64,000 bases of DNA from Fidelibacterota bacterium (GTDB lineage Bacteria > Fidelibacterota > Marinisomatia > Marinisomatales > Marinisomataceae), in contig BOWX01000001.1 of assembly GCA_019650355.1 (NCBI GenBank), positions 128,234-192,233 of the forward strand, given 5' to 3'. This document shows, piece after piece, positions 1-10,766 of the stretch. Made by a program: the position numbers and the translations under genes. The number at the start of each line of letters is the position of its first letter. Position 1 is the first letter of the stretch. The notes below the pieces were generated by a model. It did not search any database. It was not told the DNA's origin and was given only the letters and a program-made list of their open reading frames with translations.

Positions 1-601
1 GTCTTATGTAATTTTCCTAATATCATTATAGTCCTTTAATACCAATTTAGGGTCTTCAACATAAATGCCTTTACATATTCGAACATTAAATTTTTCATCA
101 CTAAGTGATTTAATATCATCTAAAGATCTTGAAGATAGGCCTGAATCACAATACCTATTTGATTATAATGCTCAAACATTTCCTTATAAAGTTGAATTGT
201 TTCTGATGTATAAGGGACATTTTCCATATCTAGTCTAAGAAAATTATTATTCTTTTTAGCTGCTTGTACAAGTTGAGTAAGATTATTCTTAACAATATCC
301 AGTCCTAAATCTTGTCCAATGTGAGTTAGTTTTATGGAAATATTTGCAGATAGGTTTCTTTAGATATTTCATCATAAATAGATATATATCTTTGGGTGAT
401 TTCATCTGCCTCTTTCTCCGTTTCAACATGTTCTCCTAAAATATCTATCGCAACTTTAAAACCTTTGTTATTTAGCTTTTGAACGTTTTTTAGCATTTCT
501 TCATCAGTAATTCCAGCTATATAAGGAGAGGCTACAATTTTTACAAAAAACTTTGGTAAAAAAGGAATGATTTGAATTATTAAATTATTTATTAACTTCA
601 T
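1..601 (-). CDS. Proline dehydrogenase (PutA-type catalytic domain). The 3' end runs off the window and the frame is broken about 3 times.
   Basis: ORF 332-601 gives the N-terminus. Downstream minus-strand frames read NLSANISIKLTHIGQDLGLDIVKNNLTQLVQAAKKNNNFLRLDMENVPYTSETIQLYKEMFEHYNQIGIVIQAYLQ, then SLDDIKSLSDEKFNVRICKGIYVEDPKLVLKDYNDIR. The motifs are ProDH-like. Breaks lie near 355, 129 and 12-15. Confidence 0.7.
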
Positions 602-631
602 GCTTTATAAATTTAATAAATAAACAAAATA

Positions 632-1840
632 ATGAAAGTAGTATTAATAATTGGTGGTGCAGTTTCTGGTTCAACTGCGGTAAAGAAACTTACTGATGAA
701 GGAATTCGATGCGTTGTTGTTGAACAAAATAGAATGCCATACGGAAAAATTGAAGATGGTCTTCCTAGATGGCATGAAAAACAACGAATTAATGAATACT
801 TTAAGATTGATGATATTATATCTAATGAATTAGTCGATTTTGTTCCGTTAACCAGGATTGGTAAAGATGTATCTTTCGAAGAAATCTATAATATGGGATG
901 GAGCTGCATTTATTTTGCTAATGGAGCATGGAAAGATAGATCTTTTCCTTTAAAAGAAATTGAAAATTTTGATAATTTTTATTACCAAAATCCTTTTGTC
1001 TATTGGTTCAACCATTATCATGAGTCATCTTATAATGGTCCTAAAGTGGATATTAAAGATGATGCAATTGTTATTGGAGGTGGATTAGCATCAATTGATG
1101 TTTGTAAGATTACTCAATTAGAACTTGTTAGACAGAAAGTTGAATCTAAAATTGAAAATTTCGATATCATTGAAATGGAGCATAAAGGTATACCAAAATA
1201 TTTAGAACAGTATGATATGAAGTATGAAGATTTAGGTATAAATGGAACGACCCTAGTTTATAGAAGAAATATAGAAAATATGCCTTTAACCACTATTCCT
1301 GAAGATGCTACTCCTGAAATGGTTGAAAAAAGAAAACTTGCTCGAAGAAAAATTTTAAACAATACGTTAGATAAATTTTTATTTAAAGTTGCTGAGTGTA
1401 CTCAGCCAGTTGGACTATCCTATGAAGATAATATTTTAAATGGAATTGAAGTCATTGAGAATGAAATCATTGATGGCAAATTAATCGCAAAAGAAAATTC
1501 CAATAAAATTCTTTATGGAAATACCTTTATAAGTTCAATTGGTAGTTTGCCTGAACCAATTCAAGGAATTCCAATGGATGGATCAACTTATAATATTGTT
1601 GATGAAGACTCTGGAAAGTTTGACGAATTAGAAAAAGTGCACGGAATGGGTAATGCAATTACTGGTAAAGGTAATATTAAGGCATCGAGAGTTAGCGCTA
1701 AAACTGTTGGAGATTTAACAATTGATTTAATTCATGATATCGACCAAGATGTAATTAATAATATTGATTCAAAAGTTAAAGAATGGCAGTCAAAATCTTC
1801 ATATGATGGAAATTATTTTGAATGGAAAGCAAAAAAATAA
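632..1840 (+). CDS. FAD/NAD(P)-binding oxidoreductase, adrenodoxin-reductase/FprA-like (ferredoxin-NADP+ reductase type)
   Basis: 402 aa. N-terminal GxGxxG (IIGGAVSGS) and a second dinucleotide fold (VIGGGLASIDV). 'GLPRWHEKQ' and 'FVYWFNHYHE' resemble FprA/adrenodoxin reductase blocks. Confidence 0.55.
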   Translation: MKVVLIIGGAVSGSTAVKKLTDEGIRCVVVEQNRMPYGKIEDGLPRWHEKQRINEYFKIDDIISNELVDFVPLTRIGKDVSFEEIYNMGWSCIYFANGAWKDRSFPLKEIENFDNFYYQNPFVYWFNHYHESSYNGPKVDIKDDAIVIGGGLASIDVCKITQLELVRQKVESKIENFDIIEMEHKGIPKYLEQYDMKYEDLGINGTTLVYRRNIENMPLTTIPEDATPEMVEKRKLARRKILNNTLDKFLFKVAECTQPVGLSYEDNILNGIEVIENEIIDGKLIAKENSNKILYGNTFISSIGSLPEPIQGIPMDGSTYNIVDEDSGKFDELEKVHGMGNAITGKGNIKASRVSAKTVGDLTIDLIHDIDQDVINNIDSKVKEWQSKSSYDGNYFEWKAKK

Positions 1841-1926
1841 TTTTTTTGCAATAATTTTATAGAACTCAACAATCTTTTTTAGTACCTTCACTTGTCAAAT
1901 TAAAGCATTTAAAACAATCCTAAGAG

Positions 1927-3261
1927 TTGATGCAAAAAATAACGATTAAAAAGGGGCATAATATTAACATTTCTGGGCTTGCTTCCAGAGAATTTTCTAA
2001 CGCGCCTACACAAAAATTTGTTTCGATTTCTCCTCAAGATTTTAATTACATCAAGCCAAAGCTTTTAGTTAAAGAAGGTGATCAAGTTTCTCTAGGTGAT
2101 GCTTTATTTTTTGACAAAACGAATCCTGAAGTTAAATGGCCATCAATTGCTTCTGGAACTATTTCTAAAATTGTTTATGGAGAAAGAAGAGCAGTTCTTG
2201 ATATCATTATTGAAGTAGACGAAGAAAAAGAAAAAAATATTGAATCAGATAAGCAAATCAATCTTTCATCAAAAGATAATGTAAAGGAGTTCATTCAAAA
2301 ACATAATTTTTGGCCCTTTTTTACACAAAGACCTTTTAATAAAGTTGTTAATCCTAGCGATAGTCCTAAATGTATTGTAGTAAGTCTTGCTGATTCTTCG
2401 CCATTAGCAAATGATTTATCTTTTTCATTAGCTGAAAACAAAGAATACATCATTTCTGCATTGTCTAATCTTAAGAAACTTACTGATGGACAACTTTATG
2501 TTGCTGTTAGGGGCGATAACTTTTCATTTTTGTCCGATTATGATTTTATCAATTTGATTCAAGTTGAGGGACCACACCCATCTGGTAATGTTGGTGTTAT
2601 TTTAAATAGAGTAAATCCTTTGAACCAGAATGAAGTTGTTTGGACTGTACAAGGAAGTCACTTACCAGTTTTAGGAAAGCTATTTTCCAAAGGTATTATC
2701 GATTTTTCTTTGAATATTTGTATTGGAGGACCTGCTGTAAAGCCTTCGTATATCAAATCTCGAATTGGCGCTAGATTTGATTTATATAAAGATTCTTTAT
2801 TGATGGAAAATGTTAGAATTATATCTGGTAATGTATTAACAGGAAAACATGTTGATATTGATGGCTTCTTAGGATTTTATCATTCATCTTTTTCCGTAAT
2901 TGAAGAATCATATGAAAGACCTTTTATTGGTTGGTTGCATCCAGGTGGAAAATCAAAGTATAGTGTTTTCAATGCCTACCTAGGATCAAACAAGAAAAGT
3001 TTTGATTTTACTACATTGCAAAATGGAAGTAACAGAGCATTCGTTCCTATTGATGCATGGGAGAAAGTTTTTCCAATGGATATTTATATAAATGCATTAG
3101 CCAGAAGTATTGAAGCAAATGATATTGATGAAATGGAGCAGCTTGGTATTTATGAATGCGATGAAGAAGATGTTGCATTATGTTCTTTTGTATGCCCAAG
3201 TAAATCTGATGTAGGTGCAATTATTAGGAAAGGTTTAGATACAATTTATTTTGATAAGTAA
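1927..3261 (+). CDS. nqrA: Na+-translocating NADH:quinone oxidoreductase subunit A
   Basis: 444 aa ORF heading a six-gene cluster in canonical nqrABCDEF order. The N-terminus is NqrA-like (MQKITIKKGHNINISG). ATG at 1930 is an alternative start to TTG at 1927. Confidence 0.9.
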   Translation: MMQKITIKKGHNINISGLASREFSNAPTQKFVSISPQDFNYIKPKLLVKEGDQVSLGDALFFDKTNPEVKWPSIASGTISKIVYGERRAVLDIIIEVDEEKEKNIESDKQINLSSKDNVKEFIQKHNFWPFFTQRPFNKVVNPSDSPKCIVVSLADSSPLANDLSFSLAENKEYIISALSNLKKLTDGQLYVAVRGDNFSFLSDYDFINLIQVEGPHPSGNVGVILNRVNPLNQNEVVWTVQGSHLPVLGKLFSKGIIDFSLNICIGGPAVKPSYIKSRIGARFDLYKDSLLMENVRIISGNVLTGKHVDIDGFLGFYHSSFSVIEESYERPFIGWLHPGGKSKYSVFNAYLGSNKKSFDFTTLQNGSNRAFVPIDAWEKVFPMDIYINALARSIEANDIDEMEQLGIYECDEEDVALCSFVCPSKSDVGAIIRKGLDTIYFDK

Positions 3262-3263
3262 TT

Positions 3264-4469
3264 ATGAATTTTTTAAGAAAAATATTTGAAGAAACTGGAA
3301 AATTTGTAGAAAAAGGTAAACCTCTATCTTGGGCTTATCCTGTTTGGGAAGCTGCAGATACTATTTTCTTTTCTACCAATAAACAAACAAGTAAAGGTCC
3401 TCATATTAGAGATAATATGGATATCAAAAGAACTATGTTCTTTGTTGTGATAGCTCTTATTCCTTGTTATATATTTGGAGCTTATAATATTGGCTATTTA
3501 AATGCTCTTGCCATGGAAATTGAAAGAGGTATTGTTGGAAATACTATTTTTGGATTCACCTATGTCATTCCAATTTTAATTGCAACTTTTGTTGCAGGTG
3601 CAATATGCGAGTTAACATTTGCAATAATTAGGAAGCATGAAGTCAATGAAGGTTTCTTAGTTAGTTGTGCATTAATACCTCTCACTATGCCACCAGATGT
3701 TCCTTTATGGCAAGTATTTATTGGAACAAGTTTTGGAATAATTATTGGTAAGGAAATTTTTGGTGGAGTAGGAACAAACATTTTTAATCCTGCTTTGACA
3801 TCAAGAGCATTTATGTATTTTGCTTTTCCTACAAAGATATCTGGGGATAAAGTATGGGCTGTAGGTCCTGATGGATATAGTGGAGCTACTGCATTAGCAA
3901 TTCCTGCAAATCCAGTAGAATATGATACTGCTTCAAATCTTTTTGCAGCTAATACACAATTTGATTACTCGACTTTAAATATGTTTTGGGGTTTAATTCC
4001 AGGATCTATTGGTGAGACAAATAAGCTATTAATATTATTAGGTGCCTTCTTCCTAATTTATTGCGGTATAGCATCATGGAGAATTATGCTTTCTTCTGTT
4101 TTGGGCTTAGTCTTTACTGCACTGCTTTTTAATTTATTAAACTATTTAACTGTTGATGGCATCCTGCAAGCTGGTGGTTTTCCAAATGCAATGTTAACAA
4201 TTACTCCTTTACAGCACATTTTGATTGGTAGTTTCTTATTTGGTACTGTTTTTATGGCTACTGAGCCTGTCACTTCATCTCATACCAACACAGGAAGATG
4301 GATTTACGGCTTTTTGATTGGAGTATTAACTGTCATAATTCGTTCAATAAATCCAGCATATCCTGAAGGTGTATTTTTAGCAATATTAATTATGAATATG
4401 TTTGCTCCATTAATAGATTATTATGTAGTTCAAGCAAACATAAAAATGAGGTTAGCAAGAAATGTATAG
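3264..4469 (+). CDS. nqrB: Na+-NQR subunit B
   Basis: 401 aa polytopic membrane protein. 'GYSGATAL' matches the SGAT flavinylation motif of NqrB. Confidence 0.9.
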   Translation: MNFLRKIFEETGKFVEKGKPLSWAYPVWEAADTIFFSTNKQTSKGPHIRDNMDIKRTMFFVVIALIPCYIFGAYNIGYLNALAMEIERGIVGNTIFGFTYVIPILIATFVAGAICELTFAIIRKHEVNEGFLVSCALIPLTMPPDVPLWQVFIGTSFGIIIGKEIFGGVGTNIFNPALTSRAFMYFAFPTKISGDKVWAVGPDGYSGATALAIPANPVEYDTASNLFAANTQFDYSTLNMFWGLIPGSIGETNKLLILLGAFFLIYCGIASWRIMLSSVLGLVFTALLFNLLNYLTVDGILQAGGFPNAMLTITPLQHILIGSFLFGTVFMATEPVTSSHTNTGRWIYGFLIGVLTVIIRSINPAYPEGVFLAILIMNMFAPLIDYYVVQANIKMRLARNV

Positions 4470-5217
4470 TAATAATTACACTCTTTTTTTCGTTTTTATT
4501 GTAACTGTTGTTTTGGGAACAATGCTCTCATTTACAAAGGATAGTGTTAAAGATTTACAGGATCAAAATCTTAAAGCTGATGTCCAAAAAACTATCTTAA
4601 GATCATTAAACTTTGACGAAAGTTTATTACTAACCAATGAAAGTATTGAGCAAACATTCAAGAGCTCTATTGATGCTAAATGTGTAAATGTTGAAGGTGA
4701 GATTGTAGAGTGCAATATTGAAGAAGTTGATATTGAAAAAAATGAGGATACTTTACCAATTTACATAAGAATGGATAATGACGAAGTCCAAGGAATTGCT
4801 CTTCCAATAGCTGGAAAGGGCCTTTGGTCAACAATTTTTGGATATATTGCCTTAAATCCTGATACAGATTCTGTTTTAGGTATTCAATTTTATAAACATG
4901 GTGAGACTCCTGGCTTAGGTGGTGAAGTTGAAAAAAAATGGTTTACTGATAATTTTGTCAATCACCCTATAAAGCAACCAGGCGGAGAAATACAATATGT
5001 ACCAAAAAAAATCCGCGATAAATCTGGAAAAATCATTAGCATTAAAGTTGTTAAGGGTGGAGTTGATTATTCTGAATCAAATACTTCTTCAATTCATCAG
5101 GTAGATGGTATTTCTGGTGCTACAGTTACTGCGGATGGTGTTACTGACTTTTTACTAGAAGATTTATTAAGATATGAAAAAACTTTAGATAAAATAAGAG
5201 ATTATGGAACTATTTAA
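4462..5217 (+). CDS. nqrC: Na+-NQR subunit C
   Basis: 251 aa with a single N-terminal TM helix. 'GISGATVT' is the SGAT FMN-attachment motif. Confidence 0.85.
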   Translation: MYSNNYTLFFVFIVTVVLGTMLSFTKDSVKDLQDQNLKADVQKTILRSLNFDESLLLTNESIEQTFKSSIDAKCVNVEGEIVECNIEEVDIEKNEDTLPIYIRMDNDEVQGIALPIAGKGLWSTIFGYIALNPDTDSVLGIQFYKHGETPGLGGEVEKKWFTDNFVNHPIKQPGGEIQYVPKKIRDKSGKIISIKVVKGGVDYSESNTSSIHQVDGISGATVTADGVTDFLLEDLLRYEKTLDKIRDYGTI

Positions 5218-5856
5218 TTCAGAATCAAAAAAAATTGTTAGTGATCCTATAAATGTTAATAATCCAATATCATTACAGGTTCTAGGAATTTGCTCAGCTT
5301 TAGCTGTCACAATTAGACTAGATCAAGCTATAATTATGACTCTAGCTGTTGTTTTTGTTTTATGCTCATCTAATGTTATACTTTCTCTAATTAGAAATTA
5401 CATTCCTACTCGCGTTAGAATTGTTATAATGCTATCTGTGATTGCATCTCTTGTGTCAGTGGTAGATGAATTATTAAAAGCATATTTATACGATATGAGT
5501 AAACAGCTTTCAGTTTTTGTTGGGTTAATTATTACAAATTGTATCATTATGGGTCGTGCTGAGGCATTTGCTTTAAAACATGGACCATCTAAAGCATTTT
5601 TAGATGGTTTGGGAAATAGCATGGGTTATGGATTAATAATTATTGTTGTTTCTTTTTTAGAGAGCTTTTTGGGGCAGGAACTATTACGCTTCCGGATGGT
5701 GGAGCAGGTTATGTTTTATGGAGAATTCCTGAATCGTGGTATGCAGCAGGATATGAAAATATTGGTTTGTTAGTTTTATCTCCTGGAGCATTTATTATTT
5801 TGGGTTTAGTAATATGGATTCAAAGGGAGTTTGCTGGTGTTGAGGAGGACGCATAA
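5204..5856 (+). CDS. nqrD: Na+-NQR subunit D (frame broken at a T6 run)
   Basis: ORF 5204-5773 is NqrD-like up to about 5655. After T6 (5653-5658) the other frame reads [65 protein letters not shown]. It ends TAATG-coupled to nqrE. Confidence 0.85.
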
Positions 5857-6479
5857 TGACAGGTGTTGAACACTATCTAAGTATCTTTACCAAAGCAGTA
5901 TTCATTGAAAATATCGTTTTAGCCTATTTTTTAGGTTTGTGTTCATTTTTAGCTATTTCAAAGAAGATTGATGCTTCCGTTGGAATCGGACTAGCTGTGA
6001 TTGTTGTTCTTACAATTACAGCTCCTATTAACTGGTTTCTTTGGGAATTCTTACTTGATAAAGGTGCTCTTGTATGGATTAGTCAAGATTTTAAAGATAC
6101 AGATTTAGGTTTTTTAAAATTAATAGTTTTCATATCTGTTATAGCTGCAATGGTTCAATTGGTTGAAATGTTTATGGAAAGATTCTCACAATCTTTGTAT
6201 AATAGTCTTGGAATTTTTCTTCCATTGATTGCTGTTAATTGTTCAATTTTAGGTGGATCATTATTTATGGTAGAAAGAGAATACACCATTTCAGAAACAG
6301 TCGTTTATGGTTTTGGTTCAGGTGTTGGTTTCTTCTTAGCAATTGTAGCTTTAGCATCAATCAGATATAGAATAAGGTATTCTAATATTCCTCCTAGGTT
6401 AAGAGGAGTGGGAATGGCTATGTTGTTAACTGGATTATTATCAATGGCCTTTATGGCATTTTCGGGGATCGATTTATAA
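5856..6479 (+). CDS. nqrE: Na+-NQR subunit E
   Basis: 207 aa, six-TM NqrE/RnfA-like protein at the expected operon position. Confidence 0.9.
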   Translation: MTGVEHYLSIFTKAVFIENIVLAYFLGLCSFLAISKKIDASVGIGLAVIVVLTITAPINWFLWEFLLDKGALVWISQDFKDTDLGFLKLIVFISVIAAMVQLVEMFMERFSQSLYNSLGIFLPLIAVNCSILGGSLFMVEREYTISETVVYGFGSGVGFFLAIVALASIRYRIRYSNIPPRLRGVGMAMLLTGLLSMAFMAFSGIDL

Positions 6480-7704
6480 TGAGTGATATTTTATTAGGAG
6501 TAATTGTTTTTTCATCAGTAATACTTTTGTTAGTTATAATTCTTAATGTTTTAGGAGATATTCTTCTTCCACAAGGAGAAGTCACATTATTAATTAATGA
6601 TGATGTAGATAAATCTATTAATGTTCAAACTGGAGGTACAGTCCTTTCGGCTTTAGCAGCACAAAACGTTTATTTGCCATCCGCTTGTGGAGGACAAGGA
6701 ACTTGTGCACAATGTAAATGCCAGGTTACTGAAGGTGGAGGAGATATTTTACCTACTGAAGAAGCATATATTTCTCGTGGAGACCAAAAAGATAATTGGA
6801 GATTAGGCTGTCAAGTAAAAATTAGAAATGATATGAAAATAAAAGTACCCGACGAAATATTCAGTATTAGAAAATGGGATGCTGTTGTTAAATCAAATGA
6901 TAATGTAGCTACTTTTATTAAAGAATTAATTTTAGAACTACCAGAAGACGATCCAATCCAGTTTGAATCTGGTGGCTATATTCAAATTGATGTACCTGAA
7001 TATAAAGGATTAGAATATAAAGATTTCGAAATTCAAGACTTGTATACTAGTGACTGGGATAAATTCGATATTTGGCAATATGTTGCAGAAAATAAAGAGC
7101 CAGTTTTCAGAGCTTATTCAATGGCAAATCATCCTGCAGAGGGTAACATGATTATGTTAAATATTAGAATTGCTAGTCCTCCACCAGATAACCCATCTGC
7201 ACCTCCAGGAATAGCTTCTTCATATGTTTTTGATCTCAAAGAAGGAGATAAGGTAACTGTATCAGGACCGTATGGTGAATTCTTCATCAAAGACACCGAC
7301 CGTGAAATGGTTTACATCGGAGGTGGTGCTGGAATGGCTCCATTAAGATCTCATATTTTTCATTTACTTAAAACTGAAAAATCTAAACGAAAAATTTCAT
7401 TTTGGTATGGTGCTAGATCAGAAAAAGAAATGTTTTATGATGATGAATTCAAAGCCTTAGCAGAAGAATTTGATAATTTTAGTTATCATGTCGCTCTATC
7501 TGATCCACTACCGGAAGATAACTGGGAAGGTCCAACAGGATTCATTCATCAGGTTGCACATGAATGTTATTGAGAGATCATGAAGATCCTACTGAATGTG
7601 AGTATTATTTATGTGGTCCTCCAATGATGATTAGTGCTGTTCAAAAAATGCTCTGGGACTTAGGCGTTGAAGAAGATATGATCGCTTATGATGACTTTGG
7701 CTAA
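6479..7704 (+). CDS. nqrF: Na+-NQR subunit F (frame broken near 7570)
   Basis: N-terminal TM helix, 2Fe-2S motif [15 protein letters not shown] motif RAYSMAN, NAD fold GGGAGMAP. After TT at 7570-7571 the shifted frame gives [44 protein letters not shown], the normal NqrF C-terminus. Confidence 0.9.
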
Positions 7705-8681
7705 TAGACTAGCTTCATTAATAATTCTTTTATTACTTAGTTGTAGTTCTCCTGAAAAAAATCTTGTTACTATCAATGGTAATACTATGGGAACAACATA
7801 TACTGTAAAGTTTTTTCCAAAAACAAATAACCCAGAAGAAATTGAAGAAAATTATATACTTATTGAAAAAATATTAAAAGATATTAATCAACAAATGTCA
7901 ACCTATATACCAACAAGTGAAATTTCAACTTTCAATCAATCTGAATCAACTGATTGGTTTTTTATATCTGAAGATTTTTATAAGGTTTTAGAACGTTCAT
8001 TTAAATATTATGATTTATCAAACGGTCAATATGATATAACAATCATGCCTTTAGTCAACTTATGGGGATTTGGTCCTGATATTTTTGAATCTCCACCTTC
8101 AGAAACAATGATTGACAGTGTTAAAGCTTTTATTGGCCAAGATCTAATTGAAGTTGATAAAGAAAAATACGAAGAAAGATTCTAGAGTCCAAATTGATTT
8201 AAGCTCAATTGCGAAAGGTTATGCAGTTGATAAAATTTTTAATACTTTAATTGAATATGAAGATCTTTTTATAGAAATAGGAGGTGAAATCAGGACCAGA
8301 TCAAAAAGTAAAGATTGGAAAATAGGAATTAATACTCCATCAATTACAAATTTTGAAAATGATATTGAGCTAGTTATTTCCCTTAATAATCTTTCAATTG
8401 CAACTTCAGGTAATTACCGAAATTTTTATATAATTGATGACAAATTTTATCATCATGAAATAAATCCAAAAACTGGGTATCCAATTTCTTCTAACTTGGG
8501 TTCAGTTTCGATTATTTCTGACAAATCATGCTTAGATGCCGATGCACTATCTACAATGTTTTATACAATCGATAATTTTGACATAGTAGAAAATTTAAAG
8601 GGAGTTGAATCTTTTTCAATACTTTTAAATGAGGATAAATCTTTTACAAAGGTTTTTTCAACTGGATTTCCAAAGAATTAA
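7688..8681 (+). CDS. apbE: FAD:protein FMN transferase ApbE (lipoprotein), frame broken between 8148 and 8185
   Basis: Lipobox LLLLSC. '[13 protein letters not shown]' and '[14 protein letters not shown]' are typical ApbE blocks, split over ORFs 7688-8185 and 8148-8681. Confidence 0.85.
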
Positions 8682-8842
8682 GCGTTGCTATCACATTTAT
8701 CTTGATCGCCACCACAAATTTCACATCCGTCAGGTGAATCACCACAAGCCTTTCTTAGTGGTTTATTTTTAAAAATAAGCCCCAAGTTCATAGCTAGCAT
8801 TGATATACCAATAATGAGTAAAACTGGTAATAAATTTTCCAT
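8678..8842 (-). CDS. NqrM-like (DUF539-like) small membrane-anchored four-Cys protein, absent from the ORF track
   Basis: 54 aa: [54 protein letters not shown]. One TM helix plus 4 Cys, next to apbE. Its 3' end overlaps the apbE stop by 4 nt (convergent). Confidence 0.5.
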   Translation of the reverse strand: MENLLPVLLIIGISMLAMNLGLIFKNKPLRKACGDSPDGCEICGGDQDKCDSNA

Positions 8843-8910
8843 TTTTTAATATAAAATAATTAATACGATTTTAATAATTTTTTCATTTCTTTTTATTTAA
8901 ATTACCGCCT

Positions 8911-10224
8911 ATGGATTTATTGAATCATCCAGTTGGAATTATATCTATTGTAATATTTATCATTGCATATGCTTTTGTGATGACAGAGGAGGTTACGCAC
9001 CTAAGGAAGTCTAAGCCCGTGCTTTTTGCTGCAGGAATTATTTGGGCAATGATCGCTTGGGTAGGAGTGCAAACTGGAGATTCTTATGCTGTCAAAAAAG
9101 AACTGATGCATGCTTTTGATGAATTTAATCAGTTGATGCTCTTCCTTTTAGTGGCGATGACTTATATAAATTCAATGACTGAGAGAAATGTTTTCGAAAA
9201 ATTACGTTCTATTCTTCTAAATCAAAATTTTAGTTATAAAAAATTATTTTGGATTACTGGGTTTATTTCATTTTTCTTATCACCCATAGCGGATAACTTA
9301 ACAACTGCACTTACAATGTGTGCAGTGGTATTAGCTGTTGGAAAAGGCAATAAAAATTTTACAAGTATAAGTTGTGTCAATATTGTTGTTGCTGCTAATG
9401 CTGGTGGTGCTTTTAGTCCTTTTGGAGATATAACAACGCTAATGGTTTGGCAGGCTGGTTACGTTGAATTTGTGCAATTTTTCAAACTCTTCTTACCTTC
9501 ATTAGTAAATTTTATTATTCCGGCATTTATTATGAGTTTTTTCATTGATGGTTCTGCGGATGAAGTTGAAAATCCTCCTGTGTTGTTAAAACGAGGTGCT
9601 GTGGTTATAAGCTGTTTATTCCTTGTTACAATTATGATGGCAATTTCCTTTAAACAATTCCTTAAGCTTCCTCCTGTATTTGGTATGATGTTTGGATTGA
9701 GTCTTTTACAACTTTTTGGTTATTATTTAAAAAGAACTTATTCTGCAGAGAGCAAAATTTCTCGCGATGGCTCAGATCAACCATTTGGAGTATTTAAGCA
9801 AATTGCTCAAGCTGAGTGGGATACCTTATTATTTTTCTATGGAGTAATACTTTGTGTAGCTGGACTTTCAAAAATTGGTTATTTGGCACTGATAAATACT
9901 ACACTTTACGATGGTCTTGGTTTTACTATTGCAAACTCTTTGATGGGAATTATATCTGCTTTAATTGATAACATACCTGTTATGTTTTCTGTGATTCAAA
10001 TGCATGATACTACTACTATGGACTTAAATCAGTGGCTTTTAATTACTCTTACTGCAGGAGTTGGTGGAAGTTTGCTTTCAATAGGTTCTGCACCTGGTGT
10101 TGCTTTGATGGGTCAAGCAAAGGGAATTTATACATTTTCAAGCCATCTTAGATGGACTGGAGTAATTTTCATTGGATATGTATTCAGTATTCTAACCCAT
10201 CTATGGCTGTCAGGTATGATGTAA
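8911..10224 (+). CDS. nhaD: Na+/H+ antiporter, NhaD family
   Basis: 437 aa polytopic protein. 'SPIADNLTTAL' and 'AANAGGAFSPFGDITTLMVW' match NhaD/ArsB-superfamily signature blocks. Confidence 0.8.
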   Translation: MDLLNHPVGIISIVIFIIAYAFVMTEEVTHLRKSKPVLFAAGIIWAMIAWVGVQTGDSYAVKKELMHAFDEFNQLMLFLLVAMTYINSMTERNVFEKLRSILLNQNFSYKKLFWITGFISFFLSPIADNLTTALTMCAVVLAVGKGNKNFTSISCVNIVVAANAGGAFSPFGDITTLMVWQAGYVEFVQFFKLFLPSLVNFIIPAFIMSFFIDGSADEVENPPVLLKRGAVVISCLFLVTIMMAISFKQFLKLPPVFGMMFGLSLLQLFGYYLKRTYSAESKISRDGSDQPFGVFKQIAQAEWDTLLFFYGVILCVAGLSKIGYLALINTTLYDGLGFTIANSLMGIISALIDNIPVMFSVIQMHDTTTMDLNQWLLITLTAGVGGSLLSIGSAPGVALMGQAKGIYTFSSHLRWTGVIFIGYVFSILTHLWLSGMM

Positions 10225-10763
10225 TGAGAATTACAAAAGTTACTACAAGAAATGGAGATGGTGGTAAAACAAGCCTAGCCAAAGGAGAATCTGTCCTTAA
10301 GTCTGATAATATTATTCATTGTCTTGGAGAGGTAGATGAATTAAGTAGTATTATTGGAGTTTGCTTGTCCTTTAGCCAAAACTCAGATATAACAGAGTTC
10401 TTAAAAAAAATTCAGAATAATTTATTCGATATAGGTGGACATATTTCAATGAATCTTGAAGATAATTCTATCATAAATGAAAACATGATATCTGATTTAG
10501 AAGATCAAATAAATTATCTGAATAAAGACTTAGAACCTCTAAAAGAATTTATTTTACCAAGCGGAGATCAATTTTCATCAAATTTACATGTTGCTAGAGC
10601 AATTACTAGAAGAGCTGAAAGATCGGCTGTAACATTATACAATAATTCTTTGGATAATAATCCCGTAATAATGTATTTAAATCGTTTATCAGATTATTTC
10701 TTTGTTCTTTCAAGATATCATAATAAACAAAATAATATTCCTGAAAATACTTGGCAGAGGTAA
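10224..10763 (+). CDS. ATP:cob(I)alamin adenosyltransferase, PduO type
   Basis: The start MRITKVTTRNGDGGKTSL is the typical PduO/MMAB N-terminus. It is TAATG-coupled to the nhaD stop. The ORF-track start at 10152 lies inside nhaD. Confidence 0.8.
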   Translation: MRITKVTTRNGDGGKTSLAKGESVLKSDNIIHCLGEVDELSSIIGVCLSFSQNSDITEFLKKIQNNLFDIGGHISMNLEDNSIINENMISDLEDQINYLNKDLEPLKEFILPSGDQFSSNLHVARAITRRAERSAVTLYNNSLDNNPVIMYLNRLSDYFFVLSRYHNKQNNIPENTWQR

Positions 10764-10766
10764 AAT

